DNA of 63,804 bases, filler included, from Octopus bimaculoides (taxonomy: Eukaryota), in NCBI RefSeq assembly GCF_001194135.2. It is 7 parts of 7 records of this genome, joined end to end, with 100 filler letters (N's around TTAATTAATTAA, not from the genome) between each part and the next. Parts side by side here need not be neighbours in the genome. Positions count along the whole stretch, not along the records: positions 20,486 to 37,017 come from NC_068986.1; positions 37,118 to 46,141 come from NC_068988.1; 5 more parts are not named here. One strand, 5' to 3'. Below the pieces are notes generated by a model. The model saw nothing but the letters and a program-made list of their open reading frames with translations, was not told where the DNA came from and made no database searches. The position numbers and the translations under genes are program-made. Of the stretch, positions 27,780-42,199 are shown piece after piece (within the stretch, counting starts at the first letter, position 1; each line of letters begins with the position of its first letter).

Positions 27780-28076
27780 CTGTGGAAAGTTAATGGTTAT
27801 AGTTATTAAAGAGAAGGTTTAAAAGAAAGCAAACATTTAAATACACAAATATACATGAACGACAACAAAGCATATCTAAAATACTGGTTTGGTTATCAAA
27901 AATGAAAAAATTTAATTCTTGCAGAGAGTAAAGAACAAACAAAAAGTCCTACATATTTTAATCAATATTGTAAAATTATATATATATATACACATTGTAA
28001 AATTGTATATATAATTGATATAATATATCCCTCTAAACTCATATATATATATATATATATATATATTGTAAAATTG

Positions 28077-28194
<118 letters not shown>

Positions 28195-29478
28195 TATATA
28201 CATATACAATTTTACAATATATACATATATATATATATATATTGTAAAATTGTATATGTGTGTGTGTGTGAGTTTAGAAGAATATATTATCTGGGCAGAT
28301 ACCATAGTGGCTCTCAGTTATGCTCCAGGTTATGGCTAACTGCATCAATTAGTATTTAATATGTATGATTATTATGAGTTGTCATTCATGCTGTAAATTC
28401 CTCCAATGGGTAATTCTATGTTTGCTTCACTGGATGATGATATTAACTGGAGTGTATATTAACAATAATTATAACGATAGACAATATGGTGACTTGTTCA
28501 TCCTCAAAATTTATTTTCTTTTATTTTACAATTTCATACAACATATTTTTGTGATTACAACAAACTACACATGTTTCCACTGCACAAATTATGGGTAGTT
28601 GCACATGCAACCAGGCATAATTTTCTGTGCAGCTTCGTTCAGGGTCTGTCCATCAGCTAATCAAAAGTATTCTAACTACAACAATATTTTTCTCTTTTTG
28701 CAAACAGATTATTTGAGATCATATTATGCTTTTCCTGTCTTGGTGTTGCTAGAGATTTACCTTTTATTTATAGCTCATTGAGTGACCATTTGAAAGTTTG
28801 CTTATTTGGCTATCTTATCTCTGTTTTAGGATTTATAAGATTTATGTAATAGGCAGACCAATCTAATTATTATAGTATCATTGAGAGGTAATTTAAACTT
28901 TCAATGTTTACAGACTAAATTTCATTTGCATAAAACTGCATTAAGCATATATACTATTACAGTGTGTTCATTAATACGTATTCAACATAATGTATTTTGT
29001 AGTACGCTTTTCTATTTAATTGAATAGATTGAAAAGAGTAGTTCTCCAAATTACTTTCAAATAGAATGAGCGATCACTGAATATGATCCTTCATGTAAAG
29101 TATATATCTCCAAGGATAATAAGCCGTCAGTTAACTTTAGGTTAAAAAGGGAGTTGTGATGTTCATTCCCATAAGAGAGAAATACAAAATGAAAATGACA
29201 ACCATATTGCAAACTTTGTCCTTCAACCCATTAGTATTTAAACCTGCTATATCCAGTCCAGATATTCTATCTGTTTCATGCTCAAACTGGCCCGATCTGG
29301 ACTCTCACATCTAACCTAGATTGTTATTTTGATTCAAAACAATGTGAATTAATAATGATTACATTTGACAGTGCACTCTGAATGCTAAAGGGCTAAGGGG
29401 ATAAAACCTACTCTACAAAAATTGTATGCATACATACTTGCATATGAGCACATATATATCATATACACATGCCTATAT

Positions 29479-29537
<59 letters not shown>

Positions 29538-29630
29538 AAGTAGCATATGTTCATATATATATATTCATACAAGTACCTCTATGTAAACATGTTCCTTAAA
29601 GCAAAAATAATTTCATGCACAGACAATATA

Positions 29631-30532
29631 TTGGGTTGCCTGGAAAGTTCATGCTGATTTTTAAGGGAAATTAAAAGACAAAACAAAATTATGTCCTCCA
29701 AAGAATTAAAATTTTTACCATTGACATTATTTTGCAAGAACCTGAATAAATGAAAATCCAAAAGAGCAATGTCTGGTGAATATGGTGGTTGGGTAATACA
29801 TCCCAGCCAAGCTGCAACAATTTTTGACAGGTTACCAAAGAAACATGAGGTCTGGCATTATCATGATGGAAAACAACACCTTTCTTGGCAGAAGCTCATA
29901 GTGCAGGATTCCTTTCCAATCCCGCCAGATGCAGAGAATGGCTGCTTTTGGGGTGGCTCATGTTGCTTACTCCAGACCTTTTTCGCTGAACATTGTTGTA
30001 AACAATCCATTTCTCATCAGCCATCACAATTTGCTTCAAAAAGGGTGCATTTTCATTGCCTTCATACAGCAAATCACAGATCATGTAGTTCTCAAACATC
30101 GGAGCAATTTGAATACCCAAGCTTCACTAAGTGCTCATAGATGGTGGATTTTGATAAATTTAGTGTTTCTGCCAATTCCCACATTGTGTAATGTGGGTTG
30201 TTCTCAATCAGTGTCTTGATTTGGTTGTCATTTGAACTGGGGTGTCTGCCTGAGTGTTCATCAATAAGGCTACAATCATCAACTCTAAACTTAGCGAACT
30301 GCATCCGTACAGTTCTGTCAAATAAAGCACCTTCACTGTACACAGCGCATATCTTTGTTGTTGCTTGTGAGGCATTTTTGCCTTTACGGTAATAAAAAAG
30401 CATCAAGTGTCTAAAATGCACCTTATTATCTTTCCTTTTGATAGGGATGCAAAATTGACACAAATTAAGTAACTTTAAATTTTCATTCTCAAGAGATAGT
30501 TTGAAGTGTGCACTAACCAGAAATGTAAGCAT
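29631..30532 (-). mobile_element. Decayed mariner (DD34D-type) transposon
   Basis: HFRHLMLFYYRKGKNASQAT..RTVR..FAKF..SGR (HTH), MADEKWIVYNN, FHHDNARPH and PPYSPDIA, spread over broken frames. A TA-flanked TIR TTGGGTTGCCTGGAAAGTTCATGCTGATTTT starts at 29631; the other TIR was not seen. Confidence 0.9.
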
Positions 30533-30859
30533 TTTATATATATATTGATGTAATTATATATTTATATATATAGATGTAATTATTTTTATAAGTATATAAT
30601 GTTTTGCAAATGGTTTTAGTTTAGCAATGCCAGGAAGTGATAATTTGGCAGGTATGGAACATATAAACATATATGCATACATATGCATGAATGCACAGTC
30701 AGACACACACATACACCCTTGCACGTATATAAATGTACCTATAAGCATTGGTATGTCTGTTATAAAAGAAGGCATGGCTGTATGGCTAAGACACTTGCTT
30801 CCCAACCACATGGTTTTGTATTTAATTCTATTGTCAGCATTTTGGGCAAATCATCATCA

Positions 30860-31310
30860 TCATCATCATCGTTTAACGTCCGCTTTCCATGCTAGCATGG
30901 GTTGGACGATTTGACTGAGGACTGGTGAAACCGGATGGCAACACCAGGCTCCAGTCTGATTTGGCAGAGTTTCTACAGCTGGATGCCCTTCCTAACGCCA
31001 ACCACTCAGAGAGTGTAGTGGGTGCTTTTACGTGTCACCCGCACGAAAACGGCCACGCTCGAAATGGTGTCTTTTATGTGCCACCCGCACAAGCCAGTCC
31101 AGGGGCACTGGCAACGATCTCGCTCGAAAATCCTACAGGAGCCAGTCAGGCGGTACTGGCAACGGCCACGCTCAAAATGGTGCATCTCATGTGCCACCCG
31201 CACAAGAACCAGTCCAGGGGCACTGGCAACGATCTTACTTGGCTTGCCGGGTCTTCTCACGCACAGCCCATTTCCAAAGGTCTCGGTCCGAAAAATAGCT
31301 TTGGGCTGAC
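30860..31310 (-). mobile_element. Non-autonomous retroelement with a (GAT)n tail (RTE-tail type, here family C) and an internal duplicated unit
   Basis: Minus strand ends CCCATGCTAGCATGGAAAGCGGACGTTAAACGATGATGATG. An internal unit of about 70 bp is repeated (31049-31120, 31162-31235). Related pieces lie at about 20550-20710, 26395-26530, 31440-31700, 46460-46620 and 53842-53930. Confidence 0.7.
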
Positions 31311-33193
31311 CAAAGTCTTATGAGGGGATTTCATACATGGGAGAAGCCTACCATGCATACATACATACATGTGTGTATGTATGTGTGTATGCATGAATGA
31401 ATTTATGTATGCATAATATGTATGTATGTATGTATATCATGTGCTTGTTTCTCCTCTTGACTTCATGTGATAACTGTAAATGAGTATCACCATCATACAA
31501 GCAGTGTCCTGTCTTTCCCATCTTTTGTGAAAATGTGTCCAGCCATGGGGAAATATTGCCATACTTGGAAGAAATAAGTGAGGGTTGGTGGCATGAAAGG
31601 CATCTGGCTGTAGAAAATTTACCTCAGCAAATTCAATCCAACTTATGCAAGCATGGAAACGTCTAAGTATGTTAAAACAATGATGATGATGATAATGATG
31701 GTGATGATGCTGGCACAAGATAGATACAATATATAGGCAGTATTTTACAGTCAGATACCTTTCTCATTGCCAGTCCTTATCTCTTTCAAGTGAGGAATTG
31801 AAGTGCGGAAACTGGCTTGCACACATCAAAAACACAAAGCTACAGGCTGCATTGTTTGCAGGGGACATAAATAATATTGTTTTGCTCAAAAGATGTTATG
31901 CAAACACACAGGGAATTAAATGTAAATATTCCCCTTTCATATATATATATATGTATGCATGTACGTGAGTGAGTGTGTGTGTGTGTGTGTGTGTGCATAT
32001 AGTTAACTGTTCCATTATAGGTAGGACCAATGGAAAAAGTATGCTATCCAGTACTTGGAGTCACATGGCATGTTATATAAATCTCACGAATTATTGTGTC
32101 AATATGGCATGAAACTATTAGCAGCTCTGTCTTAAGTACTGCGTATATTAAATGATATGTATGCCTATATATATATATATANNNNNNNNNNNNNNNNNNN
32201 NNNNNNNNNNNNNNNNNNNNNNNNNNNNNNNNNNNNNNNNNNNNNNNNNNNNNNNNNNNNNNNNNNNNNNNNNNNNNNNNNNNNNNNNNNNNNNNNNNNN
32301 NNNNNNNNNNNNNNNNNNNNNNNNNNNNNNNNNNNNNNNNNNNNNNNNNNNNNNNNNNNNNNNNNNNNNNNNNNNNNNNNNNNNNNNNNNNNNNNNNNNN
32401 NNNNNNNNNNNNNNNNNNNNNNNNNNNNNNNNNNNNNNNNNNNNNNNNNNNNNNNNNNNNNNNNNNNNNNNNNNNNNNNNNNNNNNNNNNNNNNNNNNNN
32501 NNNNNNNNNNNNNNNNNNNNNNNNNNNNNNNNNNNNNNNNNNNNNNNNNNNNNNNNNNNNNNNNNNNNNNNNNNNNNNNNNNNNNNNNNNNNNNNNNNNN
32601 NNNNNNNNNNNNNNNNNNNNNNNNNNNNNNNNNNNNNNNNNNNNNNNNNNNNNNNNNNNNNNNNNNNNNNNNNNNNNNNNNNNNNNNNNNNNNNNNNNNN
32701 NNNNNNNNNNNNNNNNNNNNNNNNNNNNNNNNNNNNNNNNNNNNNNNNNNNNNNNNNNNNNNNNNNNNNNNNNNNNNNNNNNNNNNNNNNNNNNNNNNNN
32801 NNNNNNNNNNNNNNNNNNNNNNNNNNNNNNNNNNNNNNNNNNNNNNNNNNNNNNNNNNNNNNNNNNNNNNNNNNNNNNNNNNNNNNNNNNNNNNNNNNNN
32901 NNNNNNNNNNNNNNNNNNNNNNNNNNNNNNNNNNNNNNNNNNNNNNNNNNNNNNNNNNNNNNNNNNNNNNNNNNNNNNNNNNNNNNNNNNNNNNNNNNNN
33001 NNNNNNNNNNNNNNNNNNNNNNNNNNNNNNNNNNNNNNNNNNNNNNNNNNNNNNNNNNNNNNNNNNNNNNNNNNNNNNTATATATATATATATAAATGTA
33101 TGTATGTACATATGTATATATATATGTATGTATGTATGTATATATATATGTGTCTATATATATATGACATAAATACATATACATATGTATATG

Positions 33194-33257
<64 letters not shown>

Positions 33258-34103
33258 TACACACCCTCACACATGCACACGCATAATATAAATTGTGTGC
33301 TTGTATACATACAAACATACATATATCTCTCAGTGTCTCACTCTTTCTAGCTTCATACATCCATATATATTTATATATATATATATATATATAAATACAC
33401 ATATGTATTTTCATTGAAATGTAAATATCTAAAAGTGCTATCTTTGACTCAACAACCAAACAATGACATTCTTTATCAATATCACTCTTATATGGTGTCT
33501 TTGTATCCAGATTATCTTTCACATGTCCAGTACACCAGGATAGCTTGAGGCAAATACAGATACTCATTGCTTGGCTCAGCTTCACACAAACATTAGCATG
33601 TGAACATGTATGCATGTGTGTGTGTGTTTGTGTGTGAGTGTGTGTGTGTGTGTGTGCATGTGTGTGTGTGTGTGCATGTGTGTGTGTGTGTGTGTGTGTG
33701 TGGGTGCGCATGTGTGTGTGTGTGCCTGTGCAAATACAAATGTGTGCAGTGTGTGCAAAACATATCGGATAAAAACCCAAGGCAAATGGAAAACAAAGAG
33801 TGGGGATGTAAGTGTAGTTGCATACATAATGGTACAAAGCATAGATTTAGATATAAAATTATACTTGGAGGCTAACACGCACAAACATATGTGCATATAT
33901 GTGCACACATACACATATAGGAAAAGTATGCTAAACAATAAGCACAAGATTCAGTTGATACCATTTGCTTCCTACACATGTTCCACTATTGCGACTATTT
34001 GCATCCTCCGCAGTGTTTGTTCATAGTGCTATTGGATACAGATTCACAACAGTTCTTTGTGGAACACTTTATTACAATATGCTGTCACAAATTCTATGTG
34101 TGA

Positions 34104-34140
<37 letters not shown>

Positions 34141-34325
34141 AAGTAAATTCAAAAAAGGATAAAACTCTTTTACAAGAATTTTATCAAGAAGCCAGTGTGT
34201 AAAAAAATTCGTAAGGGAAATTTCTATTCTCAAGAATATAATTATTAAACGAATAATATATATATATATATGGATATGAATAACACAAGGATCCAAGAGA
34301 GACTACCATTAACATCATATAATAA

Positions 34326-34358
<33 letters not shown>

Positions 34359-34372
34359 CATAATAATAATAA

Positions 34373-34490
34373 TAAACACCTAAAGACTCTAGCCAAATAC
34401 TAGAAAACCCAAAAGTATAACAACTACAAAAAAAAAAAAAAATTGTTGCCATGGATACTACTTGTATTCTAAGGAAAATACTCTCACCTC
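34373..34490 (+). mobile_element. Short R4/Dong-like extreme 3' end directly after (TAA)n
   Basis: IVAMDTTCILRKILS resembles the terminal GTAxILRKVLS motif. Confidence 0.45.
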
Positions 34491-35229
34491 GAAAATATCT
34501 GATTGAAATATTAAAAATTTATCAGAGTCTTAGTTATCAGAATATGGTCTCCTTTCCCTACAATATATCATTGTTAACCATAAATAACACCTATAGTACA
34601 ACATCCAGCATGCTGTTACTGGAGGTGTCTGTGGTGAAACATGGAACAGCTCATATAAAACAAAGCAAATGATATAAAAACAATATAATGACTCAAGAAG
34701 TAATGAAAATAGTATAACTCATGCAAAGGTTTTTGAATACATTATAAGGCAGGGATATAATTAATATTGCACAATTATATAATTATTAATTATTGATCTT
34801 TGTGCAGATAAACTTCATGCTATTTTAAATTATAGGTGGAAGTATGTATAGAAGTTTAATTTAAAAGTCTTTGATTATGCATAAAGATATATTTAATTAT
34901 AGTATATAACAAGTAGACTTATGATTTACGTGTAGAAGAATCTGTATGGAAATTTTCCATGTGGCTATTATATTTTATTTTTAGTCATTTCATATATGAA
35001 ATTACTATTTTACATTCTACTTTAAGATCAGTATATTTAATAAAATTAATAGTATAACAACTTAATTATTGACTGGTAGTCTTGATATATAAGTAGATTT
35101 CCTACAGTTCTAGCACGTAAGTGCATGTGTTTTTGAAGAAACATGTTATCATACAACACACACACACACACACACACACATACATGTATATATATGTACA
35201 CATATATATATATATATATGCACACATGC

Positions 35230-35272
<43 letters not shown>

Positions 35273-35823
35273 NNNNNNNNNNNNNNNNNNNNNNNNNNNN
35301 NNNNNNNNNNNNNNNNNNNNNNNNNNNNNNNNNNNNNNNNNNNNNNNNNNNNNNNNNNNNNNNNNNNNNNNNNNNNNNNNNNNNNNNNNNNNNNNNNNNN
35401 NNNNNNNNNNNNNNNNNNNNNNNNNNNNNNNNNNNNNNNNNNNNNNNNNNNNNNNNNNNNNNNNNNNNNNNNNNNNNNNNNNNNNNNNNNNNNNNNNNNN
35501 NNNNNNNNNNNNNNNNNNNNNNNNNNNNNNNNNNNNNNNNNNNNNNNNNNNNNNNNNNNNNNNNNNNNNNNNNNNNNNNNNNNNNNNNNNNNNNNNNNNN
35601 NNNNNNNNNNNNNNNNNNNNNNNNNNNNNNNNNNNNNNNNNNNNNNNNNNNNNNNNNNNNNNNNNNNNNNNNNNNNNNNNNNNNNNNNNNNNNNNNNNNN
35701 NNNNNNNNNNNNNNNNNNNNNNNNNNNNNNNNNNNNNNNNNNNNNNNNNNNNNNNNNNNNNNNNNNNNNNNNNNNNNNNNNNNNNNNNNNNNNNNNNNNN
35801 NNNNNNNNNNNNNNNNNNNNNNN

Positions 35824-35858
<35 letters not shown>

Positions 35859-36041
35859 TTAATTTCGAAACCGGTCCACGAATAATAATGTTTTATTTGT
35901 GTAATTTTCAGTCTTGCCCGCATACGGTTTGGTATTTTGGTGAATTTCTTTTGAGAACCATTAGGTCTTAGCAGACACATTACATGTGATCTTCTTCTAG
36001 CACATTAACTGTCCACTTAGTGGTCATCGTTATACACACAC

Positions 36042-36093
<52 letters not shown>

Positions 36094-37189
36094 TTTATGT
36101 TTAGATTTGATAATGATCAAATGACATTTCCATTATGGTTTAAATAATTATCTACTGATTAACTTAATTCTACATATTTCTTCTCTCTATTTGAATTGGT
36201 CAGTAATAGCTTAAATAAATAGGAATTTTTGCCATAAACATTCTTCAAATTGATGGGTAGGTGTTAAGAAACAAAGTATTATATTACATTTCTAATATGA
36301 TCTGCCAAATACTATTCCAAATACTATGATCTGCCAAATACTATTCCTAAGTAGATCTGCTGAACTACTTCTCTTAGCCCTCTTACTGGTTAAATATTGG
36401 TAGTTTTATTACAATCTGTTTCCCTGAAAATGCTCGCTATTCTGAGCAACATGGTATAACTTTGATAAGGATAGGATGCCGCTAAATTTCTCTATCTCCA
36501 TAGAATCTTAGTTAATCAAATATGGGATTGATTAATATACCTGATTACAGTATCACAAAATTTTGAAATGCCAGTCTATCTAAAACATACAGAAGCTAAT
36601 TGTATATTGTATATTCTTTTATTCTTTTATTTGTTTCAGTCATTTGGCTGTTGCCATGCTGGAGCACCACCTTTAGTTGAACAAATCGACCACAGGACTT
36701 ATTCTTTGTAAGCCTAGAACTTATTCTTTCGGTCTCTTTTGCCAAACCTCTAGGTTACAGGGATGTAAACACACCAGCATCGGTTGTCAAGCGATGGTGG
36801 GGGGACAAACATAGACAAATAAACACACAGAGGCTTTTTCAGTTTCCATCTACCAAATCCACTCACAAGGCTTTGGTTGGCCCAAAGCTATAGTAGAAGA
36901 CATTTGCCCAAAGTGCCATGCAGTGGGACTGAACCCAGAACCATGTGATTGGTAAGCAAGCTACTTATCACACAGCCACTTGTGCACCTATAATGTATAA
37001 TTCTCCATTTATTTATANNNNNNNNNNNNNNNNNNNNNNNNNNNNNNNNNNNNNNNNNNNNTTAATTAATTAANNNNNNNNNNNNNNNNNNNNNNNNNNN
37101 NNNNNNNNNNNNNNNNNGTGTGTGCGTGTGTTTAGAAAGGTGTGGACAAGTGATACCTCTGCTCTATAGTGTGAATGTATGAAGAGTTC

Positions 37190-37640
37190 TTTTAAGCTGC
37201 TATCGCATCCAGTCAACTGCATGGAGCTCAGATGTATTATTGATTCCCAGGCTGTATTAGGTAATTAAAATAGCTTCTTTTAGTCTCGAGTTCCCGATGT
37301 TTATATCAGTAGCTTCTATGGAAATTTTAATATCTCAAATGTGGCATTTCTGTAATTTTTTTTTTTTTTTTTTTTTTTTTGAGGGGAGAAGCATTATCAT
37401 GGAAGTGTATTTAACCAGTATGTGAACATGCGTTATGGTACTTCCGATGTAGAATTATTTACATGTTCTACACGTGGTTTTATACACCACGTAAGACCAC
37501 AGACATATATTTACATCTTTGATCAGACAGTTAGGCAATGTACATAAGGTTTTTTTTAGTCTTTTACTATTATATCGAATCGACCTTTGTCTTGTGAGCC
37601 AAAATCGGCAGCCGGAATCTATGTGCAATTCTGCTGGATG
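37190..37640 (-). mobile_element. Penelope-like element remnant (GIY-YIG endonuclease)
   Basis: SYVVYKTTCRTCK*FYIGST (VY..C..C..YIG) and, downstream, ISIEATDINIGNSRLKEAILIT*YSLGINN. Confidence 0.7.
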
Positions 37641-38374
37641 GTCCTGCCTGTAATTGAAACAACCAGCCTTGTTACGTAGTACGTAATTCTGCTTGAATAT
37701 TACATCAATGTTACAAGTGTCTCTGGAGTACTTAGACACTTACATCATGTATTTCAAAAGTTAATAGTTCTGTTGATTGCAGATCTGGAATATTCAAAGT
37801 CGAAATCGACGAAGGACCGTCTACTTTTGTTTTGTATGTGTGTATGTAAAAATTTGAACGTGTGTCTACATCAATGGTCACATGCCTATGAATTTGTATG
37901 CACATCTCTGGGCGAACGAATGTATACTTGTCAGTATGTATTCCACTCTTGGTTAGTGTGCGTGTGAATGTGTTTGTGCGTGTGTGTGTGCGTGTTATAT
38001 AAGTTGCGTGTGTATACACCAGTATATGTGCGCAAGTAACTACCTACTTATTTGCTTTCAGAGAAGCCTCATGTTGAATGCAATGCCAGTTTCCGTTTCA
38101 ACATAGACAGCGTTGTGCATACACACTATTAACGATATTTCCTAATTAAACCGTCTGGGAATTAAAAGAAATTCATTACATTTCTTCTTAGATACACTAC
38201 ACCAGAAGAAAAATCTCAAAGAAAACACACTAAAGACTGATATATCAGGATTCAGAATTCTCTTTCAACTTTGGATCACTTTAAACCGGATCCTAGATGT
38301 GCTGTTCTAATCAACGCCGATGTTTTTTGTTCCATATAATTACCATATGAATTTATTCAAAGAAATACACACAC

Positions 38375-38409
<35 letters not shown>

Positions 38410-38767
38410 AAACGACGAAATGTGTCGGCATTTGTATCACATGAATCAGGCTGGTATATAGCCACTTAACGAATGATTTATACGAATGATGTATCTGAGT
38501 TACTGATATGAATTAATGTTTTATTTTTATCACATGTTATTAATGATAATAAATTTCTTAGATATTTCTGCTCAAAATAGGGCTTCAACATGCAATCATT
38601 ATTACGCTATTTTTATGCAAAACTTTGAACGCCCAAATATGCTCCATGAAATTACAACTGCGACTGACTGAATCGGANNNNNNNNNNNNNNNNNNNNNNN
38701 NNNNNNNNNNNNNNNNNNNNNNNNNNNNNNNNNNNNNNNNNNNNNNNNNNNNNNNNNNNNNNNNNNA

Positions 38768-39003
38768 CATGCGTACGAGCTGGCAGAAACGTTAGCACGC
38801 CGGACGAAATGCTTAGCCGTATTTCGTCTGCCGCTACATTCTGCGTTCAAATTCCGCCGAGGTCGACTTTGCCTTTCATCCTTTCGGGGTCGATTAAATA
38901 AGTACCAGTTACGCACTGGGGTCGATATAATCGACTTAATCCGTGTTTGTCTGTCCTTGTTTGTCCCCTCTGTGTGTAGCCCCTTGTGGGTAGTAAAGAA
39001 ATA
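38768..39003 (+). mobile_element. Near-intact family A SINE
   Basis: GAGCTGGCAGAAACGTTAGCACGCCGGACGAAATGCTTAGC...GTTCAAATTCCGCCGAGGTCGACTTTGCCTTTCATCCTTTCGGGGTCGAT... Further copies lie at about 9820-10135, 15555-15850, 26180-26395, 41240-41680, 42888-43280 and 60575-60800. Confidence 0.85.
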
Positions 39004-39094
39004 ACACACATACATGCATACATACATATATACATACATACATGCATACATACATATATACATACATACATGCATACATACATTCTACTGACAT

Positions 39095-39530
39095 GGAAAA
39101 AATTATGGAATTCCTCTGTTATTGAATACATACACAAACATCAACTCAAGAAATACTGGTGGAACATTCCCATCGAAATGTCTGTCAACTGTAACCATAA
39201 CATTGTTGTGGTTGGGATACATAAGAAAAAGCATGTACCGTCATAGAGGTCAGCTGTCCTGCTGATGTGAATATCTCTTCCAAAAGCAAAGAGAAAGAGT
39301 TTAACTATGTACAACTGGTTCGAACCCTCCAGCTTCTATATCCAGATTATAAATTCACATTTATATCAATAATAATTGGGGCTCTTGGTTTCGTGAGTAA
39401 ATGCCTAAATCACTGAAACTGAACAAGCTAGGGTTTTTAGAAAACGAAGTCAATCAACTAACTCGCACATTAAGAATACAATCTGCAAGTAGAACAGTAA
39501 AAATATGCATTGTTTTTCTCGAGTTTTAAA
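39095..39530 (+). mobile_element. R4/Dong-like non-LTR retrotransposon 3' fragment (restriction-like endonuclease domain)
   Basis: With one frameshift and stops: YWWNIPIEMSVNCNHN-IVVWDT..CTVIEVSCPADVNISSKSKEKEFNYVQLVRTLQLLYPDYKFTFISIIIGALGFV..TVKICIVFLEF, an RLE (PD..D/E) C-terminus. Confidence 0.8.
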
Positions 39531-39629
39531 TGTGACATTGTGTGTATGTATGACGGAGCGTTGTATCTTTGTTAAGAGCCAGCTCCTTCCTCGGGAAGAA
39601 TTTGGACAATTAAAAATAGAAGAGAACAT

Positions 39630-39990
39630 ACATGCATACAATGACGGATAAAAAATGTTCTCTGTGCAAAACCAAAACTGAAAGCATCAACCACATTCTG
39701 TGAACTGTGACAGACTCTTCCAGATATTTTCACCCTATGAGGTATGATGCGGCGTCCAGAGCGGTCTGGTAAGTAGTTTGCAAATCCAGTACCCACGATA
39801 CACTTTCAGCTTCATAGTTATTATCATTGGAGCAATAGGATACATACCAACCCGACTGGACCAAAATATGGGTGAACTTGGATTGTTGGAGAGAGAACAG
39901 AAATCCTTAAGGCATATTTTACATTTGATCGCGATATCTGGGACTGTACAAAATCTGAAAGACCTTCATGAGATTTAAAAGCTCATGAAC
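39630..39990 (+). mobile_element. Second R4/Dong-like 3' fragment (CCHC knuckle and C-terminus, internally deleted)
   Basis: KKCSLCKTKTESINHIL..RYDAASRAVW, then IIIGAIGYIP..ISGTV. Confidence 0.7.
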
Positions 39991-40074
39991 ATAATACACT
40001 TTCCATCACAACCTTGCTACCAAATAGTTGGTTGATCAAAATTTATTCTATATGTAAAAGAGAAAGATATCATT

Positions 40075-40105
<31 letters not shown>

Positions 40106-42199
40106 TTATCACTGTTATCCTATATACCAGTAATATGTTGTGTTCATTAAGAAGACTCTCAGCTCCTATCTACTCAAAATACCAGACCTGACTATTTACT
40201 ATAATTAACAATAGTTTACTACTATCTGTAAGGATATCTTTGTAAAAGTGCTAAGCGCCATCTTGTTGAGTTTTAGCCTTATATATAACCATGTTATATG
40301 CAAACTGATACGCAATAGTCGCAATAAGGCAGAAACTTTTATATGAATCTCATGACTGGGCGAGTGCCGCGTAAAGATACTAAATCCATTTTACGTCTTC
40401 AATACAGGTTAGATTTAAATAATATTAACTTGATGGTGTATGCAAGTATCCGAGAAGTTTGCTGTGATATTGAATTACTTTACATATAATATATACATAC
40501 ACACGTACACTCATATATGTATATATTGGTATCTATATAGATATATGTGTGTGTACGAGTCAATCTACATAAATATACCGACTGAAATATAGATATACAA
40601 TTTCGAAGTATTATCCACTAATAAAAAAATTGACGTCATCGGCGTGTATATGAAATATCCTTCCAGAAATTATCAGGATGTGGTATATAATCCAGTCCAA
40701 TATCGACGTCAACATTAATTTCATTCATCACATTCGATATATTATCAGTGTAGATACAGTATAGATGAATATTTAAAACATACGTTTGGTAGTTTCGGGG
40801 TCTCACATACGATTCCACAACGCGGATTTGGGGGCAAGTGTCTTTGTTTATCAATTTGGATCGACACTACGTTAGTCGTGAGTGAAACTAAGTAGACGAA
40901 ATGTGTATGGAACTTTATCAGAAGGATTTACCAGTAATTCAAACATTTTGTGAGTCTCGTTCTGTCTGGGAATTACGTCAAGAGAGATTATGTTTGTGAC
41001 GTACTCAGTCAAATGTGTGTTTATCCAATTCTCAGGTAGATTAGCTGATTGAACAATAAAAGCCCATAGCCAGATGTTCCGAATAAGATCCATTTATTAT
41101 CACCAAATATTGCTCTACAAGCCCGGAATTATGCAATTATTTCTGGTCAAAATTCTTTGAAACTCCTTTGTTAAAAAACCTATGTTCATTGGTATAAACG
41201 GTTTGAGACACCTCTGCTCTGTTAATAAATTCTTATATTAGTCTCAAACTTTGGCACAAGGCCAGTAATTTCGGGGGAGGAGTTCAGTTGATTTCCTCGA
41301 TCTCAGTACTTGACTGATACTGATTTAACGACCCCGAAATGATGAAAGGTAACGGTGACCGCGGAAAAATTTGAGCTCTGAACATAAAGACGGACGAAAT
41401 ACCGCTAAGTATTTCGCCCGGCGTACTAACAATTCCGTCAGCTCACCGCCTTTTGGGGTTGTTATAATACTGGTTGCAAATGTTATCACAAGGCCAGCAA
41501 TTTCGAGCGAACGGTTGGTTAATTAAGTCTACACAAGTGCTCAACTGGTACTCATTTTATTTATCCTGAAAGAATGAAAGGCGAAACCGATCTCGGTGAA
41601 ACTTGAACTCAGAACGTAAGAACGGTCGCAATGCCGCTAAGCATCTTGCTCGGCGCCGTATTGATTCTGTCAGCTCTTATAATATTAAAGCAAATCCGTA
41701 TCTCTCACTTGCTGGATATCCATCTCTCTCAAAGTAACTGCAACAAAAATCACATTTTTGTTAATGTAAGCAATCAAACATTTTCATAAATAAATTAATT
41801 TTTAATTTTGAAATTATAACTCTTGTTTCAAATTCTCTAATTACTGCCTTGAATGGTTTGTTTTGTTTTGTTTCTTCGTCTATACGTTTCATTTCAATTC
41901 ACTGAAAATATTTGGCAATCACTATTTACTACACCTCCCCACATAGCTGATTTATGAAATATTCTAATAATTGTTCTACAAAAACATCTGTTGGCGAATT
42001 GCAGTTTCTATCCTATTTCCAGTAATCTTCAACATTCTCAATGAAAATGGCAAATAAAATGGTGCAAACGGGCAAGAACCAAATGAACTTTGAACAGTCA
42101 ACTGTTGCTTGAGGTCTCTGCGTAATACTTCGAAAGGCTGGTATAAAATAAAACATCAATAACGATAAAAACAACATTAATAATATATAAAGGACAAGA

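Noticed and set aside
36297-36365. Short tandem duplications (also the 11-bp x3 at about 25660 and the SINE-tail duplication at about 8310)
   Set aside because: Ordinary slippage products with no spacers or associated genes.
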